DNA of 64,000 nt, from the NCBI GenBank assembly GCA_026914245.1, contig CP110440.1, positions 2,356,001 through 2,420,000 of the forward strand, in the 5' to 3' direction. Source of the DNA: Puccinia triticina (taxonomy: Eukaryota). Both the position numbers and the translations under genes were made by a program. Of this stretch, positions 1 through 12,074 are shown piece by piece (positions within the stretch are counted from its first letter, which is position 1; each line of letters opens with the position of its first letter). A model generated the notes under the pieces. The model searched no databases and was not told where the DNA came from. It saw only the letters and a program-made list of their open reading frames with translations.

Positions 1-351
1 TGAGAATAGGTTGAGCGCGGGAAATTTGGAGACTAGAGGAGGAACCCAAGAAATGTACATGTCTTGTGATATTCACAGGACATGTCCATTACATGAGACA
101 AGAGCTCAAGTCAAGGCACAAACTTGACTCTCAACACAAACAGTTGACTGAGGTTGGATGACGGGCAAGAAACCAATCACTCTCAATAGGGTGGCTTAAA
201 TACCTGGTCTTTTGCCCTTCTGTTGCGTGCTCAACGGGCTAATCCAGGGGACACTGCCTTAGGGGCACAACACCTTGGCTCCCTAGACCGTAATGTGTCT
301 GAGCGCTTTACTCCTTGTAGCTCTGAGGATCAGGCTGGTTGTGGTGAGACA
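1..351 (-). mobile_element. possible LTR fragment running off the left edge of the window
   Basis: The minus strand begins TGTCTCACC at 351 and contains a TATA-like TATTTAAG. It is non-coding, and no second end or TSD is visible. Confidence 0.3.
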
Positions 352-659
352 CGGGCTGGCCTCTGTCTATGTGAACCATGCTGATTGGCCATAGCCGTTG
401 GCTGGGGCTCTAGTGGGCACTGTCCATGGACCTTGGCCACCTCCACTGCGCGCCGGTAACCCCCAATAAACATATGTAATTGGCACCAGGAAAAAAAAAT
501 AGTCACTTGATGGCAAGTGACATGATGCAGCTTTGGTTTCTGCTCCAGAGCTACTCCAGCGCTGCTCCAAGTCTGCTCCACCAGCACTTGTAGAGCTTGC
601 AGGACTGCACCAGAGCACTCAATGTGGCACAGTCAGCTGATCCTAATTTTTTCCCAGGA

Positions 660-1700
660 ACAGCTGATGCTCATCATAAGCTGAGCAGTAGGCATTGACT
701 GAGCCTGGCCCAAAGCTGAGCATTGGATGAGCCTGGGCCACAGCTGAGCATTGGATATTCCAAGCCTGATACAAATTCAAGTGTCAGCTGGACCAAGAAT
801 ATTCCAAATCTGAGCATCAGCTTAGCCAACAATGGTCCAAAGCTGAGCATCATCTTGGAAAAGTCTTGTGCAGAGCTTAGGATCAGCTGGGACAATACTG
901 TTCCAAAGATTAACACCAGCTGGGCCAAAACTTTTCAAAAGCTGAGCATCAGCTGAGCCAATTCTGGTACAAAGCTGAGCATTGGCTGAGCCAAGGCTAT
1001 TCTAAAGCTGAGGCCCCGTTTGGCTGCCACGTTATATGTCATAAATGGTTGAATTTATGACGCCGCGACCCAAAGTTCGCCCCCCGTTGCCACCAAAACG
1101 TTGAAACCCCCGGGGGTCGCGCGTCATAAATTCGACCATTTATGACGTATAACGCGGCAGCCAAACGGGGCCTGAGTATCAGATGTTTTGAGACTATTCA
1201 AAAGATTAATATCACCTGAGCCAAGGCTGTTCCACAGCTGAGCCAAGGCTGGTCCACAGCTGAGCATCAGCTAAGCCAAGGCTGGTTTTAAGCTGAGCAT
1301 CAGCTGAGCCAAGGCTGGTCCACAGCTGAGCATCAGCTGAGACAAGGCTGGTCCACAGCTGAGCATTGTCTTAGCCAAGGTTGATCCACAGCTGAGCCAA
1401 GGCTGGTCCACAGATGAGCATAAGATGTTACAGGAGTGGTCAGACTCAGAATCTGAGCATTGGCTGGGCTGAGATTTATCCAAAGCTGAAAATCAGCTGA
1501 GCCAATACTGGTCCAAAGCTGAGCATTGGCTGGGCCAATGATAGTCCTAGTATGAGTCTAAGATGAGCCATGAGTGGAATAAAGCTGAAACGCAGCTGGG
1601 CCAGGACTGGTTCTGATCTGGGCAACAAAGCTGAGCATGAGCTGGGCAAAAAAGCTGAGCATAAGCTTGGAGCTAAAGCTGAGTATCAGCTGACCAGAAA
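660..1700. repeat. degenerate ~33-bp tandem repeat (AGCTGAGCATCAGCTGAGCCAAGGCTGGTCCAC)
   Basis: The unit recurs throughout and is best conserved at 1240-1410. A separate AGATGGTGGGT microsatellite lies at ~1760-1817. Confidence 0.85.
1012..1172. mobile_element. PIF/Harbinger-type (Tourist-like) MITE, family 1
   Basis: TIRs GGCCCCGTTTGGCTGCC / GGCAGCCAAACGGGGCC with 3-bp TSD TGA. A second copy lies at 27584-27744. Confidence 0.85.
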
Positions 1701-2189
1701 TGGGGATCAGTGGTGCCCAGTGAAAACTGAGGATCTCCTGTGGAAATTCTGAAAGTGGTTAGATGGTGGGTAGATGGTGGGTAGATGATGGGTAGATGGT
1801 GGGTAGATGGTGGGTAGCTCGCTGGAGCTGGCATGATGTCACTTGTCATCAAGTGACTATTTTTTTTTCCTGGTGTGGGATATAAGAATACAGGTGCATG
1901 CTCACAGGACATGGGGCACCTGCTGAATCTTCAAAGCTAATTTACACAAGAAAGGAACTATATTTAGGGGCACAAGTAAGTGAGGTACCCTAGGTTATTT
2001 TACCTGTAGAGTCAGAATACAGCTATTACTTATTTAAGTCTCAGTAACTAAGTATTTTGTATCTATATACTAATTTTTATGCATAGTTTTACATATGTAA
2101 GATTAATAATGTCTTGTTCATATGTAAAACTACTTTTTGTATTTTTATTATATATTTTTATGTCACGGTGACTCTGCCATAGTAGCCAG

Positions 2190-2494
2190 CTGAAAGATCT
2201 TCAGAGAATTTGAAATGTAATATCTTTCAATGTTCCTTTGACCTTCAAAACGGATTCCTTCAATCAGTTTTGAATTTTAGTCCTCAAACAAACAGATAAG
2301 GGTGTGCATCAGCACCACCCATAGAACTTTCTACTCAGATTTCTCCCTACATATTTTGTTGATTTTTAAAATGTGTTTCAAAAATCCTCCCTTTGTCTGC
2401 AAGCTTTCAGGTGTTATGCATAAGCCTCTCATAACAGAGAGCCCTCCATGCAGGTTCCCCCAAGCCCTCCATTTGAGAGGCTTAGTTGAGCTAG
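2190..2494. mobile_element. truncated non-autonomous AcademH-related end (type B hairpin)
   Basis: TAAGCCTCTC...GAGAGGCTTAGTTGAGCTAG ends at 2494. About 300 bp is homologous, in inverted orientation, to 40854-41165. The other end was not found. Confidence 0.65.
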
Positions 2495-4203
2495 GGTCAG
2501 GGGGTGGATTGGCTTGTCTTTAGCAGACTGAAAGCTGAGGATGTCCCAACCAATGTGTCACAGCAGTCCATATTACAGACTGTTGATTCAGCCAGGGGTG
2601 GATACCACCCTGCCAAAGAAAGCAGCCAAGGGTGCCTTTTAGCAGAACCCAATCATTTTGGCAGCAGATCTGCCAGTGTAGAGGAAGAGAGTGGTACCCT
2701 CACAAAATTGTCCGCGCCACTCCTCCGCAAGATTATCCCGGAGAAAGCTGGGTGATTCAGAGAACTCCGCTCCGCAGCTCCGCCAATGTTGTAGGGCTCT
2801 GAGCAGGGTAAATAAAGTAAAGCAAATTATAAATCTCTGCAAAAGTAAACCATAAAATAAATCTCCGCTGCATAAAGAAGAAAACTCCGCCACAAAACTC
2901 CGCAAAACGCAAGAAAAAAGCCATAAAGCAAGCACAACCGTGACACATAAAGCAAGTCCGCAATGTACGCAAAAGTAACAGAAGCACAATAGTCTGCAAA
3001 AGTAAAGTAAAAACCACAAAAGAGAGTCTGTGGGGAGTATGTGATGCAGAATCCTCCCTCCCCCACCGTGGGTTTATATAAAAGAAGAAAGAGAACTAAA
3101 AGATATCCTCCGCCCGCCTCCCACGCACACCATCTGCCAACTCCGTTCACACGTGCGCACTCGTTATTCACCAAGCGCTATACACACGCACACACGTCAT
3201 CTGCCAAGCTTTGCTCTCACACTAAATCCTGTCGTCTCCACTGCTTGCCTTCAACCAACGTCAAACCCCTTTCCCTAGCTTAATTCCACGCCCCTATATA
3301 GACTATGATGTCAGGATCACACACGCCGCCTCCGCCCCAGCTACGCCTGCTGATGTAGCCCGCTTTGGCTGCCACTGCTTCCCCCAATCACCACCTCTGC
3401 TAGCCATTCCGCGCTGGCCTGCTCAGTTTGAGTCCAGCTCCGCGCGCCGCCGCCTTTAGTTGTGCGTTCCGCGTTGTCTGCGCTCTGCATCACCCGCACT
3501 CCGCACTGATTGCTCTGTGGACAATTTGACATGTGTTCCAGAATTGATCGCCACACTGGAGGCTAAAAAAACTGTCCAGCTTGGCAAAACTGGACTCAGG
3601 CCACGCAAAAGCAGCTCTTTTGGAGATCCTCTTACACTGTACCCCCCTAACTTAACACAAGTCCCCCCTTCAGAGGGCCCTGGTACAGCCTGGGCTGGCG
3701 CGAAGCGCGACCTCCGAAGGAGGGACTTGGGACTAATGTCCCCAAACTGGGCTGAGAGATTCCCATCTTCCAAATTTTTTTGGTGGGGATTTTGTGCCTT
3801 TTCAATTTAGACCGTGTTCCCAAAGGGCCCCACGCATGCCCTTTGGACCAGGAGACTCGTCTCACCCTTCCCCATCTTTTCCCGCTACACACACCCATAG
3901 AAGTCAAACCATTCACGCTCCATGACCCTTCAAACTTATGGATTTTCAGGGCTCCTTGAGCTGTACAAATGCATATATTGAACTAGTGTGACACATCTTC
4001 CAGTAGCTTGCATACCGGGAAAATTCCATTCCTGTATGAAACATGTTATAACATATCCGCTTATCTGCGTGCACAGGTGCACATAACCAGTCATAACAGT
4101 ATAAAGTAGTTACCCAAACCGTTGGCGCAACAGTCCGCATCCAATCATCCCAAGTGCAGTTGTTAGATACTTACCTTCTACCCCGATCACATTTAGTAAA
4201 ACA

Positions 4204-7020
4204 ATGGAACCACAAATCACCCCAGACCAAAAGGTAATTGATGTCTGTGAGGTACTCCGCAACCTACCCCACAAAATGACCCCGAAGCAGTTTATGCTTC
4301 ACTACCTCACTTCACCAAATCCTCAATTGGCTTATCTGCGCTGATATTGGGCTCAACCAACAGGAATTGAGTCCACAATGGGATTTCTTCAGGAGCTGGG
4401 AGTGTTCATGAAAAGATCTCCTACAGGCAGGGAGGCTTGGAAGGAATTCATCCAAGGCGAGGTATGCTCATGTTTATCGCTGGTTATTAATCAAGTTTGG
4501 CTGCATTTATGAATATATCCTTGAATCCAGGCAATTGAAATTCTTCGTCACGAGGAGCCTCCCAGAGGAGCCTATCCTCAAGGGTTGTTCCAAAGCTTGA
4601 CAACAGTTGCAGCAGATTTCTTCTCTTCTGAAGCCCGCGACCGTCAAGATGCAACACTCATGACCAACATGCCGTTCCTGACAAATGTTTTGATGGGGAT
4701 GCATCCTGCACCGAACCGACAAAATCACCGGGGTAATGAGGAAGAAGAGGTGGCTCCGCCTGATGGCACAGGTCCCAACGCCGCCAGTGTCAACCCCGAC
4801 GATTCCTCAGATGCCACTCATGTTCCTGATATTGTTGGATACGAGCCAAACCCCAACAGACATGATGCTGCCACTATGCGCTTCCGTAGGGTGAGCAATT
4901 TTGGATTTGGTCACCCTCAGCTACATCCTTCCTCAAGCTGACATCTCCCATTTAGATTGTCCTGACAGTATGCTCGATGATGGCATTTGCTGTCAACCGC
5001 CGGTGCAACTCATTGCAGCTCAACAATGCGGTGAGGCTCATGGCTTGTGGGATTTCGGAACGAGTGCAGGAGTACCTCAATCACGTGGGATTGAGTGCTT
5101 CCCGACGGTCAGCCTTGTCGGCTATGAGTTCCCTTGCAAGACAGGCCGCAGCTGACCTCAAAGTCGCCATGAGCCTCAACGAATCTGTACCAATTGCGCC
5201 GACTATATGCATCGACAACATTGACATGGAACAACGGGTCCATGAACCGTTGGTCGGCCACAGGTCTCACACATTTAGAGGGACCTGGGGTTATGTGCAT
5301 GTGCCACATCGCAAATTTCTCTTGTCGCTTGATCAGTCAGACTTGACCTTGCAGAGCTTCCAAGCTTCAATTGACATGGTCAAGTCCATGCCCATTGAAC
5401 CTCGCATTTTCTTGCCGACGCCCGTGGAGGATCAAGCCGACGCCATGGTTTGGAAATCGCAGATTGCAAAGGTTTTATTTGAGTACCTTGCAGTCCCTAA
5501 AGATCGAGCGACTGCGATCCCAATGTCCCCGCCGGTACTCGAGCAGATTGAACCCAAAAAACCAACACTCCACATGCTCAAGCTGATGAATGCATCAGAC
5601 AACTCAGCCGAGGGCGTGGGGCAAGTCTTTAAGTTGATCATTGGCCAGTCCGGCCTTTCTGTTGAAGATTTCTTTAGCCGCCTTCAGCCAATGGATGGCG
5701 ACCTCGGAACCGTCCAGAACTTCAACTGTCTGAAATCTCAAAGGTCACCTAGTGCGTATCCTCAGGACCAACTGAACAATGTTTACTTCCAGTTAGGGGC
5801 ATCACATACCCTATGGAACATTGCCACTGGAATATTTGCGCATCACTTTGGGAATGTGAGTGACTCAAAGGACTGTGGGGCCTGGCAATATTTGCAGGCC
5901 TTGGGTTTCCCCGCCGAGAAAGCCATTCAAAAGAAAGACTTCACCTTGATGATTAATCAGATGGAAAAAGTCTTTGAGTCCATGCTGTATTATTGCTTAC
6001 GGTTCGTACCACATGACTGCTCCTGATTGTTTGTCTGATGTAGTTTCTAACATTCAAAATCGTATGTACTTACATTTGGACACATAGTGTGATCATGAAG
6101 ACCGAACGCAAACAATTAGGTTCAGATCAACCGGTCATCCCAACCGACCAATGGAATGCAGTTGTCAATCAGTGCTACGATTGATATTGCTCAGCCCAAG
6201 CACGCAAAGATGCTGATGCCCGGGAGTGTCCCAAACTCCACAACATGCTGATCCAGCTACATGATTTCTCGTCTGTGGTGGAGGCCAAGAGATCTATGAA
6301 GGCAGGCGATGTTGGGAGGTTAATGATTGTTTGGAAGAAATGGTGTGTGATGTCTCAGTCCATCAGCAAAATAAGAAACTACTCGACGCACCTACCGCGA
6401 GCAGTAATGCTTCTCACTGGGGGCCTGAACCGGTCTCTAAGCAAGTATCTTCGCCACAACCTCCTCGTCACTCCCACCGGTCGCCCCAATCATTTTGTGC
6501 CCAAGGATTTCTGGTTAGAAATCCAGAACTACAGGCTGAAATATTTCCACAACAAGAGTGGGATTGGCACTCAGATAGAACGCCTGCAGGAAATCTTCTT
6601 GCCCAATATCCTCATTGTACATTGGCAAACTATTTATCAAAACTATTATAATAGATAATCTAACTGATCTTGCATTTCTACCAGCTTCAAGAGATGTTGC
6701 ACTCCCTGAATATTGAATGCGGCTCAAAGGTCATTTATCAGTCTCGGGAAAATCACCTCACCGAGAGATCCGTTGAGATGTTAATATTGATGGCCAACAA
6801 TCGAGACATTTTGGATCGATTTCCAAAGAAAAAAGGGAAAAAAATAGACAAGAACCGTAACACATATCTAGATGGAATGTCTAAATTTAAATCTATTATC
6901 CGGAGCAAAGATCCTCAGCTCAACCGCTTCAAGAAACACTTGAGCACAAGAATTGAGATGAATAATCATGATGGGGATCTTGATTCGGAAGACGACGGGG
7001 AAATATCGGATAACATGTAA
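4204..7020 (+). pseudogene. Academ-type transposase (multi-exon, in-frame nonsense codons)
   Basis: ORF segments 4204-4461, 4585-4941, 4977-6026, 6245-6658 and 6670-7020. Motifs ICIDNID, DGDLGT, HTLWN and KDFWLE. In-frame TGA at 4342 and 6182 (probable CGA>TGA). Exon boundaries are approximate. Confidence 0.75.
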
Positions 7021-9280
7021 CTTCCTAAGGTATTGCTTGCTGCTCGCCCCTCCGCCATGATTGCCGCGATCTGAAGTTTTCTTTTCTCTTTCATATCCAT
7101 CTCTAGCTTCCTTGCCGCCGTTCTTTCCGAAGAAATACGCCGCCGCTCTAGGGTTTCCGCTTGTTTTTTAGTTAGCTTCTTTGGTGCTGAAATAGATGTT
7201 GATTCTTGTCTTGTTACCGACGGTTGGCCAAGATCTTGCTCTTGAACACTAGCTTTTACTCCTTGCAGCCTTGGCTTCTTAGCCCTGGTAGCCTGGCCCG
7301 TCTGAATTTCATCCCGAATCACTGCGTTGTAGATATTGATTCGCTCCATCAACCAATCCAACTGCCCGTCAAAGAATTCCCCGCCAATTATAATACGTAG
7401 TTCTTCTTTTGAATTGATTTGATGTAAGTAAGCCCCAATTGCCTCGGCGTCAATCTTGCCAAAGCGGTCGCTTGCCTGGACCGTTGCTGAAGTGGGGAAC
7501 CGCGAGTAGTAAAGTGCGGCAAATTCATCAACCAGTTCCCTCTGGAAAGCCTCCAGTGCGCCATTCTCAGCGTCAGGAACCTTCCTCTTTCTGAATATTG
7601 ATTTCTTGACTGGGAGCTTTGACGTTGGATCTACTTCTCGAGAACTGTTGTACTGATTGCTCCAGAGATCATCAAAGTTGTGTATGTTTGCAAAGGGTAA
7701 GTTTCCCATGAGTCGAACTGCTGCTGGGCCATCACAGTTTGAACAGCAGCAGGGTTCAAACTGTTCTTTTTCCTCCCGTGCCTTTTCAAGCAGACAATTT
7801 GGGTCATCGACTCGGAGGGGAATATATCCTAGCCTATAAACAATCAGATATGAGCCGATGAACACGGTATACTGCGGTAAGCTTTTTTGAAGATGTGTAC
7901 ATACAAGTTGTCAATCGAGAAAGCAATTCTCAAGCAAACAGGCGTTATTGCCAAGGCATCCATCCGGTCATCGTCCGACTGGGTGGTACCCTCTTTGAAA
8001 TCGGCCACAGAGTTCTTCCCATTCCGACGGAACTTCTCAACAAACAGAATGGCCAGACCAGGCCTCCCATCACGACCACACCGTCCAACCATTTGAACTA
8101 TCGAAGCTGGATCACCCCTCCCCATGTGGACCACCATCCGTACCCGCTTCCAGTTCTGCCCCAACCCCAGGGCCATTGTGCAAGAGACAATTGGGAACTT
8201 GCCAGTCGAGAAATCCTCCACACAATCAAGCTTATCTTGATCTCCGGTGCACGAGTGATATCGTCAAGCGCAACCACTTTTCGGATTTGATGATTCACTA
8301 GGAGTCTCACGGGCCATGCTAATAACATCCAACGCTGTTAAGGTCCGGTTGCGTGAGCCGCTGTAGACAAGAGAGGGCACCAGCTCTTCGTTCGTGACAT
8401 CATTAGCTGAAGGGAAAACCTTGACAAGATCATGACAAGAAATCATAGAGTGTTCCATCGGAACACGGATAATTCGGATTTCTGGTCGTGTTAGCTCGCC
8501 ACGTATAATATCAACGTTTGAGTCTTCCAGTTTGAGGCTCTTTTTGATGGCTTCGACAGCGATAGGGCGGCATGTAGCCGACAGCAGTAAAATCGGCTTG
8601 TCATTTCGAGACAGGAGATGGCCGCCAAGGAGCCCATACGACGGTCGAAAGATCCCAAAGTCCTCGAGGCGACATAAAATTGTAGCTAGATGTCTTCCAG
8701 GTCGACTCTCAACAAGGCCCCATATGTATATCATGTGGGCTTCATCCACAACCACTAATCCGAGTCTGTTTTGAAATTCCGAGCTGAAGTATACTTCCTC
8801 CCACAGCTTACTATTCAGGAAGATTTCCGGGCTGAGATAGACAAATTGGTAGACACCTTTAGATATATCCTCGGCAGTTTGTTTGTTGAAGTTTAACTTG
8901 TTCAAGTTTATTGCCGTAAATCCAGCCTGCTGTTTTTCGTAGACCTGATTGTCACCTAGCGAATCCAAAGGGTTCAAGGTGAGGATGACTGATTTCTTCT
9001 TCAGAGGTATCATGCCGAAATAAATTTCGGCTATCCGTGATTTTCCGAATCCTGTGCCAGCAAGCACAAATGTGTTTCGGCCCGAGACTAAGTTGGCCAC
9101 TGCATCGATCTGCAAGGGTTTTGCCGGTTGACCGTACTTTTTGAGAGCTAAATTGCCGATGTGGGCCTTCATATTTTGATCGTTCATTCCGAAAACCTTC
9201 TTATACACATTGATACCTGTTGGGGACCAAACTCGATCTGTAATGGAAGAGACTTGCTTTGGTTTTGCCTTGGGTAACAT
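6966..9280 (-). pseudogene. RecQ-like superfamily II DEAH helicase of AcademH
   Basis: Walker A AGTGFGKS, VVVDEAH, motif III SAT, motif VI QMVGRCGRDG, and RecQ Zn-binding-like VCLR...CCCSNC. A premature TGA at 8266-8264 splits the ORF, and there is a probable intron near 7850-7900. Confidence 0.85.
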
Positions 9281-10310
9281 TTTCTATTCCAGTCGAGGCT
9301 CCGTTTCAGTATGGACCAGCCGATTTTTGAGATGTGGAAGAGGCGGAGTGAAGCCTTAAATTCTCAATCTTGGCTGTTACTTCACAACATAACACCCTTA
9401 CGGGTCCACAGACATTATGTGGTCTAGTTATATTGACAAATACATAAGGCCTGAAAATCCATACTGATTTCCGCCACGCATAAGCGTGGCAGAAAGCAGT
9501 ATGGCAAGTATGGAGTCCCCCAGGGACCAAGCTCCAGCTAAGATGCCTTGGCCACTTGAGCTCAGTCATCCAAATTAGAATGTGAGGAGAGGGGATTGTA
9601 GCCAGGATGTTCAGCTAACATGTCCCCTCAGGGCTGCAGCAGAGGTTGGATAATATCCTCTGTGTGGAGCGCTAAAGGCAATGATGGCATAAAAAGCCAC
9701 AAAATCCCAGAACTCTCAGGCAAAAGGTACGACATAACTCATAAGCCTCTCCTACGGAGAGCCCTCCGGGCGGGGTCCCCCGGACCCTCCGTTCGAGAGG
9801 CTTAGTTAGGCTAGTGTACCCCCCCAGATTGACCCAGCAAGAATTCCACATTGATTATTTTTTCATCCATTTATGTTCACAGCTGGTGAAAAAGTGTGGT
9901 GTTTTAGGGCTTGTACAGCTAACCCAGGAGAGCTTGCAACTTGGCGCGCAAACTCCGAGACTTTGTGCCGCAGCGGCCAGACTTGTCCGCAGCTCCAGAC
10001 ATCCGTGCGCGCGGACCGTGCCCGGGGGAACCCGGGGGAGGAGCCTGCAGGAGAGCTGCCTGCCGCCGACCCAAACCCTGCCTGCCGCCACCACCAACCC
10101 ACCACCCACCACCGCCGAATCCATCAACCCCGCCACCGCCACCCCCAGTAAAATCAACCCCAACGGTCCTTTGGAACCATTGTGCCATTGGGGAACAATC
10201 CAACACGCGTGAGTTATTTTGGTTTATCATCATCATGTGTGGGCCTTTTCTCACCACGAACTAATTTCTATGCCGCAATTGATCATTTCCGTAAAAGTAG
10301 CAGGTTTGGG

Positions 10311-12074
10311 ATGGACAATAACTCCCGTTATCGTTCAGTTTCACCGTCCGAATACCGCGAATGGTTCCACCACCCACTGACGCCGCCTGCCGACAGACAC
10401 GTGCCCTCGCTTTTTGATGGCACTGCTCACTTGGTCGCGGATCGCAACCGCCGCCGGGACGCCTTCATACGAAGCCAGCAAAGACCGTCTCACGTTGACC
10501 CATCACTCTCGGGCTTACCTCCAGCTTCACCAGCCACCAGCCGATCGAGCGCAGCCACCAGCCAATCGAGCGACTTGATACTATCTCAATCATTGGCTAC
10601 CAACTCTCAACAACACAGCCAGGCACTTCCCAATCGTGCAGGATCCACTTCGGGCCGCCCTGAGGTTCCCATAAGTATTGAGTTCATCCTATTTACGCCC
10701 CTTCCCAAACCTCCTGCTGCAAACCCCCGCAAGCGACGAAGCCTAGCTGGTTCCATTGGCCCCCAATACAATAAAGTCGAATCAGAACCTGGCAAGCTGA
10801 TGATCAACTGGGACACTCACAACTACGATCTCGAGAGTTTCAAAGCTGCGGCAATCAATGAGATTGAACACAGCGAAGACGAGGGGCTTGGATTCTTTGC
10901 CCGAGCCCAAGCTCTAAAAGGTAACATTGTTTGGAATGCGATTATCCCAAATGGACGCGTGTTTTCAGCAGCCCAAAAAAAAAGAATCGATTCCGATGAG
11001 ATATTCACCCAGTTCCTCCTGGTTGCCGAGGGCACTCCGGAAAGCCGCCAGATTATATGTTGCTTGGTCCAGAAAGATCCGATAGTTGTAGCTCAGGTAA
11101 GTGGCTTTTTCCTATCCACCTCAACCCAGTCGGAATGTCTCATTGACCTCATTTTGTGTGATATTTTAGAAAGAATCTGCCTACAAACACCTCAGGACCA
11201 TGCATGCCGGTCCCAGCTCTGAAGAAACTCCATCCGATGGGCCCTCCGCAGGTGCACAGGAAGCGGCTTCCCTCACGGACTTGGTGCAGCAACTTGGCTG
11301 TATCCACAAACCCGCTGAACACCTGACTAGAAGTCACGAGGTCGGCGTGTTCATCAATCCCGAGAACCCCAACGAGTTTTTCAAGATGACTCCCAAGCGA
11401 ATTGCTATGTGGGCCAAAGCGATTGTGAGTGTGTTCTATTCCCTTTATTCCCTTGGGATGTATGGCTGAGGATCTGATCTGACTGCTCATCAGATTCATA
11501 GAAGACCAACCCCGGCCAAGTCACCCTCCGTGTTCCCCCAAAATCGGACAGCTTTCAATTTCAGACCAAGGAGGATGTACCGCCGCCTCAAGCTCCAGTT
11601 CACCCCACACTTCCAGCTCCCGTTTCGGCCGCGTTTCAGTATCCAACAATGTCGGCCGGATTCCAATATCCAACACAGTTTGGATTTTCAATGCCTCCGG
11701 GAGTGTTCTTGAACCCAATGCAACTGGCCGCCTCGCAACTGGCCGCCTCGAACTCAATGACCGGCCCGACCGGCCCCAGCACCCCAGAACATCCCACCCG
11801 GGCTTTGTCACCAATAACCCCTCCAAGCGGCGAGGACCACAGCCTCAAGGATTTCCTCGAATTTGCACACGTCAATCCAGATTCCCCCGGAGTCATTGAG
11901 GGGATCGGAACCCTTGGGATCACTCACTGGACTATGTTCAAGTCCTTCAGTTCTGACGAGCTTGCCAGCAGAGGTATCCCCGAAGGCCCCGCCCGATCCA
12001 TTGTCTCATCTGCAAAGAAATATGCGCATCACTTAAAGAAGGTTTCTAGAAACCAGGGTTCTAGAAACCAATAA
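10311..12074 (+). CDS. transposon-borne hypothetical protein (~537 aa, 3 exons; C-terminal SAM-like helical motif)
   Basis: Exons 10311-11096, 11170-11424 and 11502-12074 join in frame via GT-AG introns with no stops. The C-terminus LKDFLEFAHV...GITHWTMFKSFSSDELASRGIPEGPARSIV resembles a SAM fold (inference). Confidence 0.7.

Larger units (their letters stand above)
484..1875. mobile_element. non-autonomous CACTA/EnSpm-like element filled with a 33-bp minisatellite
   Basis: ~45-bp TIRs starting CACCAGGAAAA...TAGTCACTTGATG at 484 and inverted ending at 1875. TGG flanks both sides (481-483, 1876-1878), a 3-bp TSD. Confidence 0.75.
3647..9814. mobile_element. AcademH DNA transposon (Academ transposase + RecQ-like SF2 helicase), full length but inactivated
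   Basis: Termini CTAACTTAAC...GTTAGGCTAG with 9-bp TSD TGTACCCCC (3638-3646, 9815-9823). Convergent transposase and helicase genes match the AcademH organisation described from Puccinia. Confidence 0.88.

Noticed and set aside
660..1700. Regularly spaced repeats as a CRISPR array, or the short ORFs over them as genes
   Set aside because: There are no unique spacers and no cas genes, and the context is eukaryotic. The ORFs are a by-product of a 33-bp repeat period.
2639..3640. Hydrophobic minus-strand ORFs and a possible Tc1-like end CACTG|TA at ~3640
   Set aside because: The ORFs come from A-rich low-complexity sequence, and no matching second terminus was found.
6966..9280. RecQ-like ORF as host SGS1/RecQ gene or Helitron helicase
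   Set aside because: It lies inside TSD-bounded transposon ends next to an Academ transposase, and it has SF2 DEAH motifs rather than PIF1/Rep motifs.
9814..10264. Multiple overlapping ORFs duplicated at 13645-14280
   Set aside because: They are translations of the GC-rich TIRs of the Tc1-like element.
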